Positions 21,890 to 33,460 of a stretch of 64,000 bases of DNA are shown here, in pieces; the stretch's first letter is position 1; the number at the start of each line of letters is the position of its first letter. The notes beneath the pieces were generated by a model. It was not told where the DNA came from and made no database searches. It was given only the letters and a program-made list of their open reading frames with translations. The position numbers were made by a program, and so were the translations under genes. Source of the stretch: Heteronotia binoei (lineage: Eukaryota); NCBI RefSeq assembly GCF_032191835.1, contig NC_083236.1, positions 18,848,001-18,912,000 of the forward strand, written 5' to 3'.

Positions 21890-23080
21890 AAGCCATTTCA
21901 CACTGTTCCACTTTTATCTCACTTCCAGGAGTGCCAGCTATTTTTGTGCCCTTTTTAAAAAAAATATTGGGCTAAGAGCGCTACAGCACTATAACGAAGT
22001 ATCAAAACAATGAAGCAGCACCAGCATTGGGCTCCACTGAGATGCCCGAGATTGTTGCTGTTGACACTTGGTAACAAGTACCCCACTGGATACACAGTTC
22101 AAGTGGGAGATCAGGGCACCAGGCATTGGTCTGTCACCTGTGGCTAACCCTTCCATGACCACATGGTTTGTGTATGAGACTACTGTTCTAGTTAGTTCTA
22201 TTGTTTTAGTAGTCAAGGTCTCTTATCAAGATAGTGCAGGTGATGGTCACTACCACTCCTGCTTTGACCAAAGTGCTTCTGCCCATCTATCTATGAGGAG
22301 GAATGGTGGAAGAGGAGGAGGACAGCAACTACAACTGATGTGCCAGCCTCGAGCCTTGCGCCCTCCAAGTGCATCTATGCGGGCACAGTAACCAATCACT
22401 GCTACCCACACAATTCCTCGACACTGGTTGGTGAAATCACAGAGCAAGGACCGGTGGAACAGCGATGTTATGGGCGCCTGGATTGACAAAGACTGGCTCC
22501 AGAGTTTTAGGATGTCTCGGGCAACTTTCTTTGGACTTGTTGGCACCCTGAGGCGCTGTTTGGAGTGGCAGGACACACACATGAGGATTTCGATTCCAGT
22601 GGAGAAAAGAATAAACTGGACAAACCACTCATCAACAAACCCACGGAAATCTGTGGTTACCTCCCCCCACACACACACATTTATACCTGCTGCAGCTTGG
22701 CACAAGTCACTTTCCAGCCAATAGCCTGTGGGCACGGATGGGTGCACATCAGACTAGGTTAGCAACATCTTTCTCACCAATCACTGTTGGTCTGATCTCC
22801 CACCTAAACCTGCTGTCCTATGGGCAACTTCTTTTCAGGTGGCAACAGCCCCCCCCCCCTCCCATATGCGTGCCTCATACCTAGAAACCCATCACTTTCC
22901 CCAGATTCCCATGTGGTAGCAACAGGTAACAGACCAATGCTTGGTGCCCTGATCTCCTGCTTGAACTGTGTATCCAAGTCTCAACAGCAGTCTCAGGCAT
23001 CTCAATGGAGCCCAGGCAAAAATAGGGCATGAAAACAGCCGGCGCTCCCGGAATCGCTATGGGGCATTTCACACAATGTA
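21890..23080 (+). mobile_element. Internally deleted PIF/Harbinger element with long inverted arms
   Basis: 22430-22610 encodes DWLQSFRMSRATFFGLVGTLRRCLEWQDTHMRISIPVEKR (Harbinger transposase motif); inverted arms at ~21920-22146 and ~22915-23060. Confidence 0.75.
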
Positions 23081-23329
23081 CCATAGCAATTTCAACCCGG
23101 AAGGAGGGGCTGACAACTGAAGGAAGCTGCTCTTGTTAATAATGACTCAGGCACGCCTCAGGACAGCTGCGGGACTGTGAGAAAATATAACAGTGTTCCA
23201 GTAGCAGCCAGTTATTGAATTGGGTCTATCTGAAATGACAGCAAAAACCCGTTACTGTTCAGTAACTGGCCAGCTGCCATACCGGAATACTTAGGCTGTG
23301 TGAAAAAGACTTGAGAGAGAGTGGGTGGA

Positions 23330-23900
23330 GCTAAGAAGTATGTGAGGAGAGAGAAAAGTCCGTCAGCAGTGAATTCTTAGCAGAATTATGGCAGTTAACA
23401 GTCGGCAGTCTACAGAGTCTGAGAAGCAGTCTCCTGATTAGAATCCCATATAGTGCTGTGAAAGGCATTAATATTCTAGGGAGGAAAAATAAAATACTTT
23501 AGAGGGCATATTGCGGACTAGATAAAGAGTCGGAACCTAATATTGTCAGAGTATTATAGGAGCGTGAGAGACAGAAACTCAGAAAGCTGAGTTAGGAAGA
23601 GCAGACCTGAGAGTGAGGAGTGTGTGAAGTGAAAGAGTGACGCCCCAGTCAGATCTTATTTTCACTGAAGAATTAAGCTATAAACATCTTGAAACCAATA
23701 TGCTTATTGTACAAATAAAGTTTTATTTTGTTTTATATTAACCTGGAATCCTGTGATATCAGATTATAAGAGTTTCATCCTCAGGGTCACATGGTCCAAC
23801 AAAGGAACCTTAGAGATTGGGCACAATTCAGTGGGGAATGTTATTGCTTTGAATGAAATCCCTGGTGGCAGCGTTACGTACGTTAAGAGGGAAGTGGTGG
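23330..23900 (+). mobile_element. Possible LTR remnant
   Basis: Unique AG-rich segment with AATAAA followed by tggtggcagcg (resembles a primer-binding site); no TSD identified. Confidence 0.3.
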
Positions 23901-24271
23901 CAGTCTAGGGTTGCCAAACTCAAGGTACGGCCTGGCGATCTGGAATGGTGACTGATATCCAGTCTACAGAGATCAGTTTCACTGGAGAAAAGGACTGCTT
24001 TAGAGTGGAGACTCTAGTATCCTGCTAAATTCCCACCCATCCCTAACCCCTGCTCTCGCTAGGCTCCCCAAATTACCAGGAATTTCCCAACATAATTGGC
24101 AACTCTTTGCTTCCAACTGCAGGATTTAGGATGCTCTTTAAAAGGCTTCTGCTCTTACATGGTTTCAGCAACTGATGAAATTTATGCCGGGTTTACTATC
24201 TTCCCGCAGGGCATATGAGGCAGAGATGTTCTGCCAGGCATTGAGTTGAGGACAGTGATAGTACAGTAGAG

Positions 24272-24622
24272 CAGAAGTCCCCAACGACCGGACTGCAGAC
24301 TAGCACCGGTCCATGGCCTGCTAGCAACCAGGCCACAGATCAAGGCAGAGGCGCCACAGCACCCCAGGCAGTGCAGCCTCAGGCAGGGGTCTTTATAGGG
24401 AAGGGGGAGGCAGATTGGCCTGTCGCCTGGCCACCTAGTGGGGAGGTGGCAGAAACAGTCCCAATCTCCCCCCAGTTAAAGACCCCCCGTGGGGGGTAGG
24501 GATGGGGTGCGGTCGGGGGGCAGCAAAAACCCCAGCACCGCCACCCCCCTCCCCCACCGGTCCGTGGAAAAATTGTTTTCCACGAAACCAGTCCCTGGTG
24601 CCAAAAAGGTTGGGAGCCACTG
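24272..24622. mobile_element. hAT-Charlie (MER1-like) non-autonomous element
   Basis: End ...ccacgaaaccagtccctggtgccaaaaaggttgggagccactg; TSD cagtagag/cagtagat (7 of 8). Confidence 0.8.
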
Positions 24623-25025
24623 CAGTAGATCTCCTATTTTCTCCACCCTCTGCAACCCCTCCCCCCTAATCTGCCTTTGGAAATATTTTTTTTCTGCCAT
24701 CTCAGGAATTGTATTGTTTTAATTGTATTTTCAATTTTTAACTGAATTGTTTATTCTCTCTCTCTTTTTCGGTAAGTCGCCCTGAGCCCTGCCTGCAGAG
24801 AAAAGCGACTCAGAAATCTAATTTAATAAAACTAATGGGAGGCATCCAGAGTTAGACTTAGAGACTGAGAGTTGGGTTCAGCCCTTGGAGAAGGCGGCTG
24901 GCCAACCCATGCCTTTATTTCCTTTGTTATGGCAAGGCTGGGCACAGGGTAACCCCATAAGACCCAGCTGACTCCAGAGCCTTTGCACCATTGCAAGGGA
25001 AGGCCCATGAGCGTGCCTGTCTCAC

Positions 25026-25138
25026 CTGATGGAGAATCCAGGAGGTTCTCCAGCTCCTCTCCCAACAGTGCGAAGTCGTGATGCTTGCTGCCGCAACCCT
25101 TCTTGGTAGTGAGTCCCTCAGCATGTGGGCTGGTGTTC
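25026..25138 (-). CDS. PCDH12: PCDH12 exon 3 (NTSPHAEG...DFALLGEELENLLDSPS)
   Basis: ctcacag| and G|gtgaga; phase 2->1 fits both neighbours; resembles human LLEEELSSLLDPST. Confidence 0.88.
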
Positions 25139-26245
25139 CTGTGAGAAGAAGGAGCTTCAAAGAATCCAGACTGGGCCATCAGCACCCATCAATGGAGCAA
25201 CCAGACCACCTTCTTGCTTTGTTTACCCATCCCCCATCACCTCAGATCCCTGCAACTCCCATGTGCTGGGCAACATTTATGGGTCGTGCCCTAGCATGAA
25301 ATACACTCCCCACTATTTGCAAAGCTGTTGTGATCAGAGCACTTCCTTTTCTTTTGCAGCTGTGCCAGGGTTTTGATCAAGTCCTTGGGGCTGACTTACA
25401 CTAGAAGACTTCCTTTACCCGAAGGAGTCTCAAAGTGGTACAGTCACCTTTCCTTCCTCTCCCCACAAGGGTCAGGTGGGGATGAGAGAATTCTGGGAGA
25501 ATTGTGACTGGCCCAAGGCCACCCAGCAGACTTCAGTAGGGAATCAAACCCGGTTCTCCAGATTAGAGTCCACCACTCTTAGCCACTGCACCACACTGGC
25601 TCTCACAAACACATAACGTGGCTTGGTTCTCAACATTTTAAAGGAATGTGTGAATTGACTGCATTGAAACACTGCTGCGTTCAGGGCCAGCGTGACTGGT
25701 TAAGGTAGCTGAGCAATTTTTGGGCTTCTTGTTGGCCTGGCAGAGGGCCCATTGCTGACTGGAGATGGTACAAGCCTTAATTACCATCTTTTAGGAAGAT
25801 CCAAAGATGATGTGCATAAATAGCCAAGTGAGGTGGAGGGGAGGGGTGGAAATGGCCTTTTTGAATGCTCAAGTCCAAGTCAGCTCTGATGGATAAGAAC
25901 TAGCCTGCCTGCAACAATAAAGAGGAAGCAGCCACCTTCCCATCCACATCTTTGCTTCAATAGAAGAAGCATGCCTTGGTTGCTTCAGAAGAAATGCCAC
26001 AGCCTCGGGCATCTATAGTGAGTGAGATTTGAACACAGGGTTTCCTGGTTCCTGACCTCTCTGCTTTGGCTTTTCTGCTGACACTTTGCTTGCTTTGTGT
26101 CAGTGTGCCAGGACCCCAGGAGCAGGGACGGCACAAAGGCAGAAGCCAGGCACGGAGGTAGTGACCCTTTCTCAGTTCTGAAGGTGAGTGCCTAGCTGCC
26201 GATCAGTTTTACCTGGCTGAGGCCTGCAGCCTTCGTGAGACTCAC

Positions 26246-26343
26246 CTGCAGCAGGCATGCTTTGCTGTGTATTTGTTGCCTTTGTGGTTGGGCTTGGGCT
26301 GCACTTGGCCCTGGTGCAGAAGAGACAGCAGCTGCGAAATTTG
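26246..26343 (-). CDS. PCDH12: PCDH12 exon 2 ([25 protein letters not shown])
   Basis: 98 bp; nearly identical to the human [25 protein letters not shown] motif; ttgcag| and AG|gtgagt. Confidence 0.96.
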
Positions 26344-26554
26344 CTGCAAGACAGGAAGAGCGGGTCACTGCAAACAATTCCTACCAAAGCTGCTTCCTAG
26401 CAGGATATCCTCATTCCGCCCCCTCCCCACAGCACCATTTGGGCTATTTATAATGTCTGATGTTCTTCCTCACTCTCTGCTGTGTGGGGGGGGGGGGGTG
26501 AATCAACCTCCCCCATCAGCTTTCCCCAGCCAGACACCACATATCCTTTCATAT

Positions 26555-27339
26555 CCACACCAACAGAAGAAGACTGCAGATTTATACCCTGCCTTTCAGA
26601 GACTCAGCAGCTTACAATCTCCTATATCTTCTCCCCCCACAAAAAACACCCTGCGAGGTGGGTGGGGCTGAGAGAGCTCTCACAGCAGCTGCCCTTTCAA
26701 GGACAACTCCTGTGATAGCTAGGGTTGCCAATCCCCAGGTGGGGGCAGGGGATCCCCTGGTTTGGAGGCCCTCCCCCCACTTCAGGGTCATCAGAAAGCG
26801 GGGGGAGGGGAGGGAAATATCTGCTGGGAACTTTATTATTCCCTATGGAGATATATTCCAATAGGAAATAATGGAGAATGGATCCGCAGGTATCTGGGGC
26901 TTTGGGGGGGGCTGTTTTTTGAGGTAGAGGCCCCAAATTTGCAGCGTAGCATCTGGTGCCTCTCCCCAAAATACCCTCCAAGTTTCAAAAAGATTGGACA
27001 AGGGGGTCCAATTCTATGTGCCCCAAAAGAAGGTGCCCCTATCCTTCATTATTTCCTACGGAAGGAAGGCATTTAAAAAAAGTGTTCAGTCCCTTGAAAT
27101 GTGATGGCCAGAACTCCCTTTGGAGTTCAATTATGCTTGTCATACCCTTGTTCCTGGCTCCACCCCCAAAGTCTCCTGGCTCCACCCCCAAAGTACCCAG
27201 ATATTTCTTTAATTGGACTTGGCAACCCTAGTGATAGCTAAGGCCATTCCAGCAGCTATAAGTGAAGGAGTGGGGAATCAAACCCGGTTCTCCCAGATAA
27301 GAATCTGCACACTTAACCACTGCACCAAACTGGCTCTCT
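26555..27339 (-). mobile_element. Squam3-like SINE interrupted by a 511-bp hAT MITE (26720-27230)
   Basis: SINE halves flank a tagggttgcca...tggcaacccta element with perfect TSD gtgatagc. Confidence 0.9.
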
Positions 27340-27834
27340 TCATTCTCTAGATTTCACAAATCCTACAATGTTACACCAACAACAAATAATTTAGCAACAG
27401 ATATCTTAAAAGTTATTAAGATGGCAGTGAACTTGTTCATTTGAGCTTTTCCCTCCCCATAGTTGCAAGCATCCAAGAAAGAACTTTGTTAAACGTACCA
27501 GCCCTCCACAGATAACGAAATCTTTTAAGCCCCTGAAGCCGCATCATTCTCAGCACCCTCCACTAAACAGTGTAAAGATGCACCTTCATAGTACAGGCTC
27601 CCAATTCCTTCGCTCCCTGCCATATAAATTCACAAGGAGCACACTACATCCTGGGAAACAATGCAGTTATAAAAATCTGTAACAGGAGTTGCTCCTGGAC
27701 TGAGGAAGGATTTGTTGAATCTAGAGAATGAATTTAAGTAGCAGTGGTGTAGAAAAGCTGCCTAGAAACAGATTCCCCTGCTGCTTATTCTTACTAGTCG
27801 GGTACACTGCTCCTGCAGCTGGCTGCTTTACAGT

Positions 27835-28196
27835 CAGCCAGAACTGGATTAACCATTAGGCCAAGTAGGCACCGGCCTATGGGTCCCCACACCTTTAGGG
27901 GCCCCGGGTCAGCTTTCCCCCCATTTCCCCCCTGCTTGCAGCCCTCCCAGCCTGCACACACAGACGGCAACTGAGGTGCTCTTTGCCCGACTTGCCTGGT
28001 GCAGCTGCTGCTGGCGTTGTTACCAAGTTTGCCTCTCTCTGCCTCTCCCCTGCAGCTTTGTCAAAGGGGCTTTGTCAAAGGTTGCAGCAGGGACCATGGG
28101 CGGTGGGGCAGGTGCTCAGACTCTGAGATAATTGGCAAGGGGGCCCCCCAAGATTTCGACCACCTATGGGACTCCACAGGGTGTAATCCAGCACTG
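27835..28196. mobile_element. hAT-type MITE
   Basis: TIR-like ctggatta / taatccag ends; flanking tttacagt duplication. Confidence 0.65.
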
Positions 28197-28755
28197 TTTA
28201 CAGTGGGTCAATTCCAAGGCTGTGGTGGGGAACCACCACCCCCCCCAATTCTCCTCTAACCATATTCAACAGGCAGCACTTAATGAGGGCAAGCTAGACG
28301 GAGGGAAATAAAAAGCTCACTGACTTCACTAACCTCACCCCCACCCAATGCATGCATTTGCTGGCATGTGACATTCTGTCTCGGAAAACATAATTATTTT
28401 GTGTGAAAAAGAACATATTACACAATGTAAATCCACCATCAACCTCAAAAATTCCTTTTATATCCCTATCTAGGTCCCCTCTGGCCATCATGGGGGGTTG
28501 GGAAATTCCTGGATATTTGGGGGTGGAGCCTGGGAAGGACAGGGACCTCCGTGGGGTACAAGGCCATAGGGTCTACCCTCCCGAGCATCCATTTTCTCCA
28601 GGGGAACTGATCTCTGTAGCCTGGGAAAGAGCTGTAATTCTGGGGGATCCCCAGGCTCCACCTGGAGGCTAGCATCCCTACTGCCAAGTTGCCTGGTCCT
28701 TTCAAGTTACCCATGGCCCGTCTTTGGAAAACCCCAAACAGCATTCATCGCTTAC

Positions 28756-31500
28756 CTGCACAGGGCCGGAATCCAGTGCCAACTGTCCTGCGGGGCCTTG
28801 CTCAGCCAGAGCTGCCATGGAGAGTCTTACCAAGCTCCTCAGGATATGCTGGCGACTGCAGGCCTCCTCTAGACCCGTCTCAGGGCCGGGCCTGCCCTGC
28901 TGCTGTGAAGCCGCTTCTGGCAAGAGGTCCTTTGGACAGGAGACGCGTGGGGTTGCCTCCGCAGGCTGCGTGTCTGTCACACTGTGTGCTTTGAACTTGG
29001 GAGCGTGAGGAGGTTTGGCAACTTTGAGCACCGCAGGGAGAACAAATCCCTCGCTCTGCTCCGTGAGGACGCTCTGAATTCTCTGGTTCCGGAGGGTCCT
29101 ATACAGGGTTGGCGTCATGTGGCATGGAATCTCAGAGACATCGTCCCAGGCAGCTTCTGGAGGAGCCTCTAACCAGGGTTTCTCAGCTTCTCCTCGCTGA
29201 AACACAGGCACTATGTGGATATCTGATTTTCGAATGGGTTTGAGGGGCTTCTTCGGCTGCTGCTGGCTGTAGGCGTGTTCTGCCTCCCGGCAGTTGTACG
29301 TCATGTTGCCGTGTTTCTCCCTTTTACACAGAGACATCGTCAGCGTCATGCTGACCAGGAAGATAGCAAGCAATGCCAGAAGGCAAATCCCTATTACAGC
29401 AGAGGAGCTGAGGGGCTGAGACATGGGGGAAGAATCTGGCATGTCTTCCCGGTGTCTGGCAAATGTCACCTTCACCCAGACTCTGGCGCAGAGCGGTTTT
29501 TCCCCTCGGTCACTCACAGACACTTCCAGGTCCCATTCATGGCCCACCAGGCCTCTGGCATTGCTGCTGTTCAGATAAACCTGCCCTGAGTGGGGATCCA
29601 GGGTGAACAAACCAGCATCGTTGCCGCTCAGCAGGCTGTAAAGCAATGCTCCGTTTAAGCCAGAGTCTGCATCGGTGGCAGAGATCGCAAAGAGCAGGGG
29701 ACCACTGACTGAGGGGTCAGAATCAGAACCTTTTTCTCCCTCAGACCTCAACACGTGACCAGTGCCCGTGTCCACCAGGACAGTAACAACTGCCCTCCCG
29801 CCTTCCACCGGCGGCTCTGTGATAACTGGGAAGTTATCATTCACGTCGAGTACCGTGACCCTGACAGAAACGTTAGAGGACAACTTAGGCCAGCCTGCAT
29901 CTTCAGCGGTGACAATAAACTCAAAGCCAGCCATCTTTTCAGCATCAAAAGCCGTACGGGTCCAAATCTCCCCAGCGCCGGCATCAATAGCGAGCCACTC
30001 TGAAATCCCCACATCTGGGATACTGTAAGTGACTTTCCCATTGAGGCCTGCATCCACATCATAGGCCCTGACTGCCAGCAAAACGGAAGGGGGTATACTG
30101 TTCTCAGCAATAGAAACATGGTAGAGATTTGCTTTGAAGCGGGGCACGTTGTCATTGATATCACCAACGTGAACTGTGACATCTCTGGTGGCAGCCAGTG
30201 AAGGGGTCCCCCGGTCCTGTGCTAACAAGGTCAGGTTATGCTCTGCCCAGATCTCCCTGTCCAGAGGGGCCTTCGTGAGCAGCATGTAGCTGCTGGGATC
30301 GATCCTCCTCAAGGAGAAATGCTCAGTCCCTTGGCTAATAGAGCAATCCACCTTCCCATTATCACCTGCATCTGGGTCAGAGAGAGTCACCAGACCAACA
30401 AAGCTGTCTTTAGGCTGAGCTTCTGACACCACGGCTGCCTGCCCAGCCCAGATGACATGAATATCAGGCCAGTTGTCATTGACATCTATAACACGGACCA
30501 AAAGCTTACAGTGGGCTGGAATGGGATTCGCTCCGTGGTCTCGGGCTTGTACATCCACCTCATAGGTAGCTTCCTTCTCATAATCCAGCTGCTGCTGCAA
30601 GAAGACACGGCCTGTCCGGCTCTCGATAGCAAATGTTCTAAGCGCCTCCACAGGAGTGTGTTTACTGAGGGAATACTCGATCTCTCCATTGGGGCCTTGG
30701 TCAGGATCCGTGGCAGTGAGGTTGACCAAAAGAGTCCCCAGCAACGCGTCTTCCCTGATTTCAACAGTCACAGAACTCTGGGTAAATGTCGGGCTGTTAT
30801 CATTGGAGTCCAACACGGCCACCCTCACAAAGGCGCTCCCGGATCTAGGGGGCTCGCCATGATCGACAGCAGTCACCGTCAAAAGGAAAGAGGAGTAGAG
30901 CTCTCTGTCCACTTCTTTCACAACCACAAGCTCCACCTGCTGCGCTCCATCAGAGCCGACGGTTACCTCCAAGGCAAAGTGCTCACTGGGTGACAAGAGG
31001 TAGGAACACAGACCGTTTGAGCCAGCGTCAGGGTCGACAGCTCGATCCAAAGGGATTCGTGTCTGTAACAGCACGCTTTCGGATATCTCCAGCTCCAGTG
31101 CCATTTGGGTAAACTGAGGCCCGTTGTCATTAATATCCAAGACGTGAACCTCCACGTGGATCAGGGCTAGGTATCTGGCAGCTAGCACGCTGAAGGAGAT
31201 GATACAGAGGTCTCTATGTGGGCAAAGCTGCTCCCTGTCCAGCCTCCCCAAGGTGCACAGCAAGCCGTCCTGAGAGTCCATCTGTATGGGAAGCAGAGGG
31301 GAGGGCTGTAGCAACTGGAAGGATCCTGCAGTCTGGCCATCCTCTGTCCAGCCCAGTTCGTCAGGCAACCTTCCCACCACAGTCCCAGGCTGAGTTTCCT
31401 CCAGCACCTGATACTGCACGTTGAAGGTGGTGACTTCTTGACAATCCACCAAAAGAAGGAAAGACCACCACAGAACTGGAACATACAGCACCAGAAACAT
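28756..31500 (-). CDS. PCDH12: PCDH12 exon 1: signal peptide, six cadherin repeats, TM helix and start of cytoplasmic tail (915 codons)
   Basis: ATG at 31500 (MFLVLYVPVLWW...); DxNDN, LDRE and AxDxG Ca-binding motifs; TM VIGICLLALLAIFLVSMTLTM; CAG|gtaagc donor. Confidence 0.97.
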
Positions 31501-31729
31501 CCTTCTGAATGTCCACTGTTTTCTCCAGGGAGGCCTTTTCACACAAGAGGTTGTCCAAAAAACTGGCTATTCCAAGATAAGTTTAAAACACCAACAAGAC
31601 ATTGGGGGCCCTTCCTCAAGGCAAGACCCATTCTCCCCACCTTTCCCTTTGCAAGGGACTTCTCTCAGGAACGTTTGCCACAAAAAGCACTGTGCCGGAG
31701 GCCAAGTAAGATCTGAGAGCAATGCAGAG

Positions 31730-31790
31730 ATTTCATCCGCTTCCTGCCAGGGCCATTTCCTAGGGAAACCCCACCTACAGGGAAGTGGGG
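31730..31790. promoter_or_regulatory. ETS-motif cluster upstream of PCDH12
   Basis: CAGGAAGCGGATG (minus), AGGAAAT (minus) and GGAAGT (plus), 230-290 bp upstream of the ATG. Confidence 0.45.
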
Positions 31791-32059
31791 GAGGGACAGG
31801 AGACTGGCCGCACAATGCCTGGGTCCAGATGGGCTTGTAAGGGAATCAGGAAAAGGAACAGATTTGTCTACACCCAGACTGAAGGCAAAGCAGAGTCAGA
31901 CCTGGATACGCCAAAACAAGCAAACCAACACGACCTGCTTGGCACAGATGTCAGCAGTACTTCCAGGGAATGCCAGGTGCCTGGCTTGGCCAGGTGCCCT
32001 TAACTGCACTTGGTTATCTCAAGGTCTTCTCAACTGCTCGTCACTGTAGATCAAGCTAG

Positions 32060-32578
32060 CTGGTGAGCAAAAGTGCAGAAAAGGGCAACTAGAATGATGA
32101 AAGGGTTGGAACACTTTCCCTATGAAGAAAGGTTAAAACGCTTGGGGCTCTTTAACTTGGAGAAACGTTGACTGGGGGGTGACATGATAGAGGTTGACAA
32201 GTTTATGCATGGGGTAGAGAAAGAAGTACTTTTCTCCCTTTCTCACAATACAAGAACTCGTGGGCATTCGATGAAATTGCTGAGCAGTCGGGTTAGAACG
32301 CATAAAAGGAAGTACTTCTTCACCCAAAGGGTGATTAACATGTGGAATTCACTGCCACAGGAGGTGGTGGCGGCTACAAGCATAGCCAGCTTCAAGAGGG
32401 GATTGGATGAAAATATGGAGCAGAGGTCCATCAGTGGCTATTAGCCACAGTATATATATGTGTGTGTGTATGTATATATACACACACACACATATATTGG
32501 CCACTGTATGACACAGAGTGTTGGACTGGATGGGCCATTGGCTTGATCCAACATGGCTTCTCTTATGTTCTTATGTTC
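32060..32578 (+). mobile_element. CR1 LINE 3' fragment with internal (TA/TG/CA)n
   Basis: ORF 32184..32444 encodes the CR1 ORF2 C-terminus; 3' terminus ...cttatgttcttatgttct. Confidence 0.93.
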
Positions 32579-33266
32579 TAAACCAGGGGCAACTAAAAAG
32601 AGGGATGGAGCCTGCATTTTAAAAAATGTATTCACATGTCTCATTAAAGTTGGATCTGTTATTTCATAGATCTCTTCTTAGTATCCCCCATACTCTTACC
32701 TTTCCCTTCTCTATTGACTATTGACGTGATTCAGCGGGGCTTTTCTTATGTTCTTATAAGCAATGGTAAAGGAGAGGAAACTGGAGTTATCAGTTCAAAT
32801 CCCTATGTTCCACTCTCTTGACCCTCAGCAAAAGACAATATGCTTAGCTGATTTGGGGACACTGACATCCATGCCATGTTGCTCTTTTTCATTGTCAATT
32901 CTACTTTTAAAACCTCCATGCAATATGCAGAAAAGCATTGCAATTTGTGAGTTGTTTACACACACACACCCTGCCATAGAATTATTTTGTTCAGTGCTTT
33001 GGCAAAAAACCTCTTTGAGCTGAGGAAGCAAAAAGGGGTTTTGTGATTCATTAAAGGCCAAGAGGTTTCTGGAAGCATGAGCTTTTGTCAGGCTTATACC
33101 TCAAAAATAAACTTCTGCTTCACAGGAAGTCCCATAGGTGCCTGAAAATCCTTTTTGCTTTGCTGCGTAAGATGAACAGAGCTGCCTTCCTTGAATTCTT
33201 TTAGACCTGAACAAAATTTGAGTCCAGTGGCACCTTTCAGACCAACAAAGTTTAATTACTCCCAAC

Positions 33267-33460
33267 CAATGTTCCCTCTAGGCTACAGTCTTGTGAGCAA
33301 AAATTCTATTTTGTGAGCTGCTGGCATTAAAGTTGTGAGCGACTGCATAAATTAAGTGTGCTCTGAGGTCATCCTTCTTGAGCGAAGACAAAAATGTGTG
33401 AGTTGGAGGCTAAAAATCTGTGAGCTAATTCACGCTAACTCAGCTTAGAGGGAACACTTG
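33267..33460. mobile_element. hAT MITE, same family as 296-489
   Basis: Similar TIRs; TSD ctcccaac (33259-33266, 33461-33468); sits next to a Penelope end fragment (~33205-33257). Confidence 0.88.

Noticed and set aside
28702-28755. VSDECCLGFSKDGPWVT tail of the 946-aa ORF
   Set aside because: Intron read-through past the CAG|gtaagc donor; the conserved exon 2 follows in phase
31501-31542. ORF-track start of PCDH12 at 31542 (MKRPPW...)
   Set aside because: That codon is GTG; the ATG at 31500 begins a typical signal peptide
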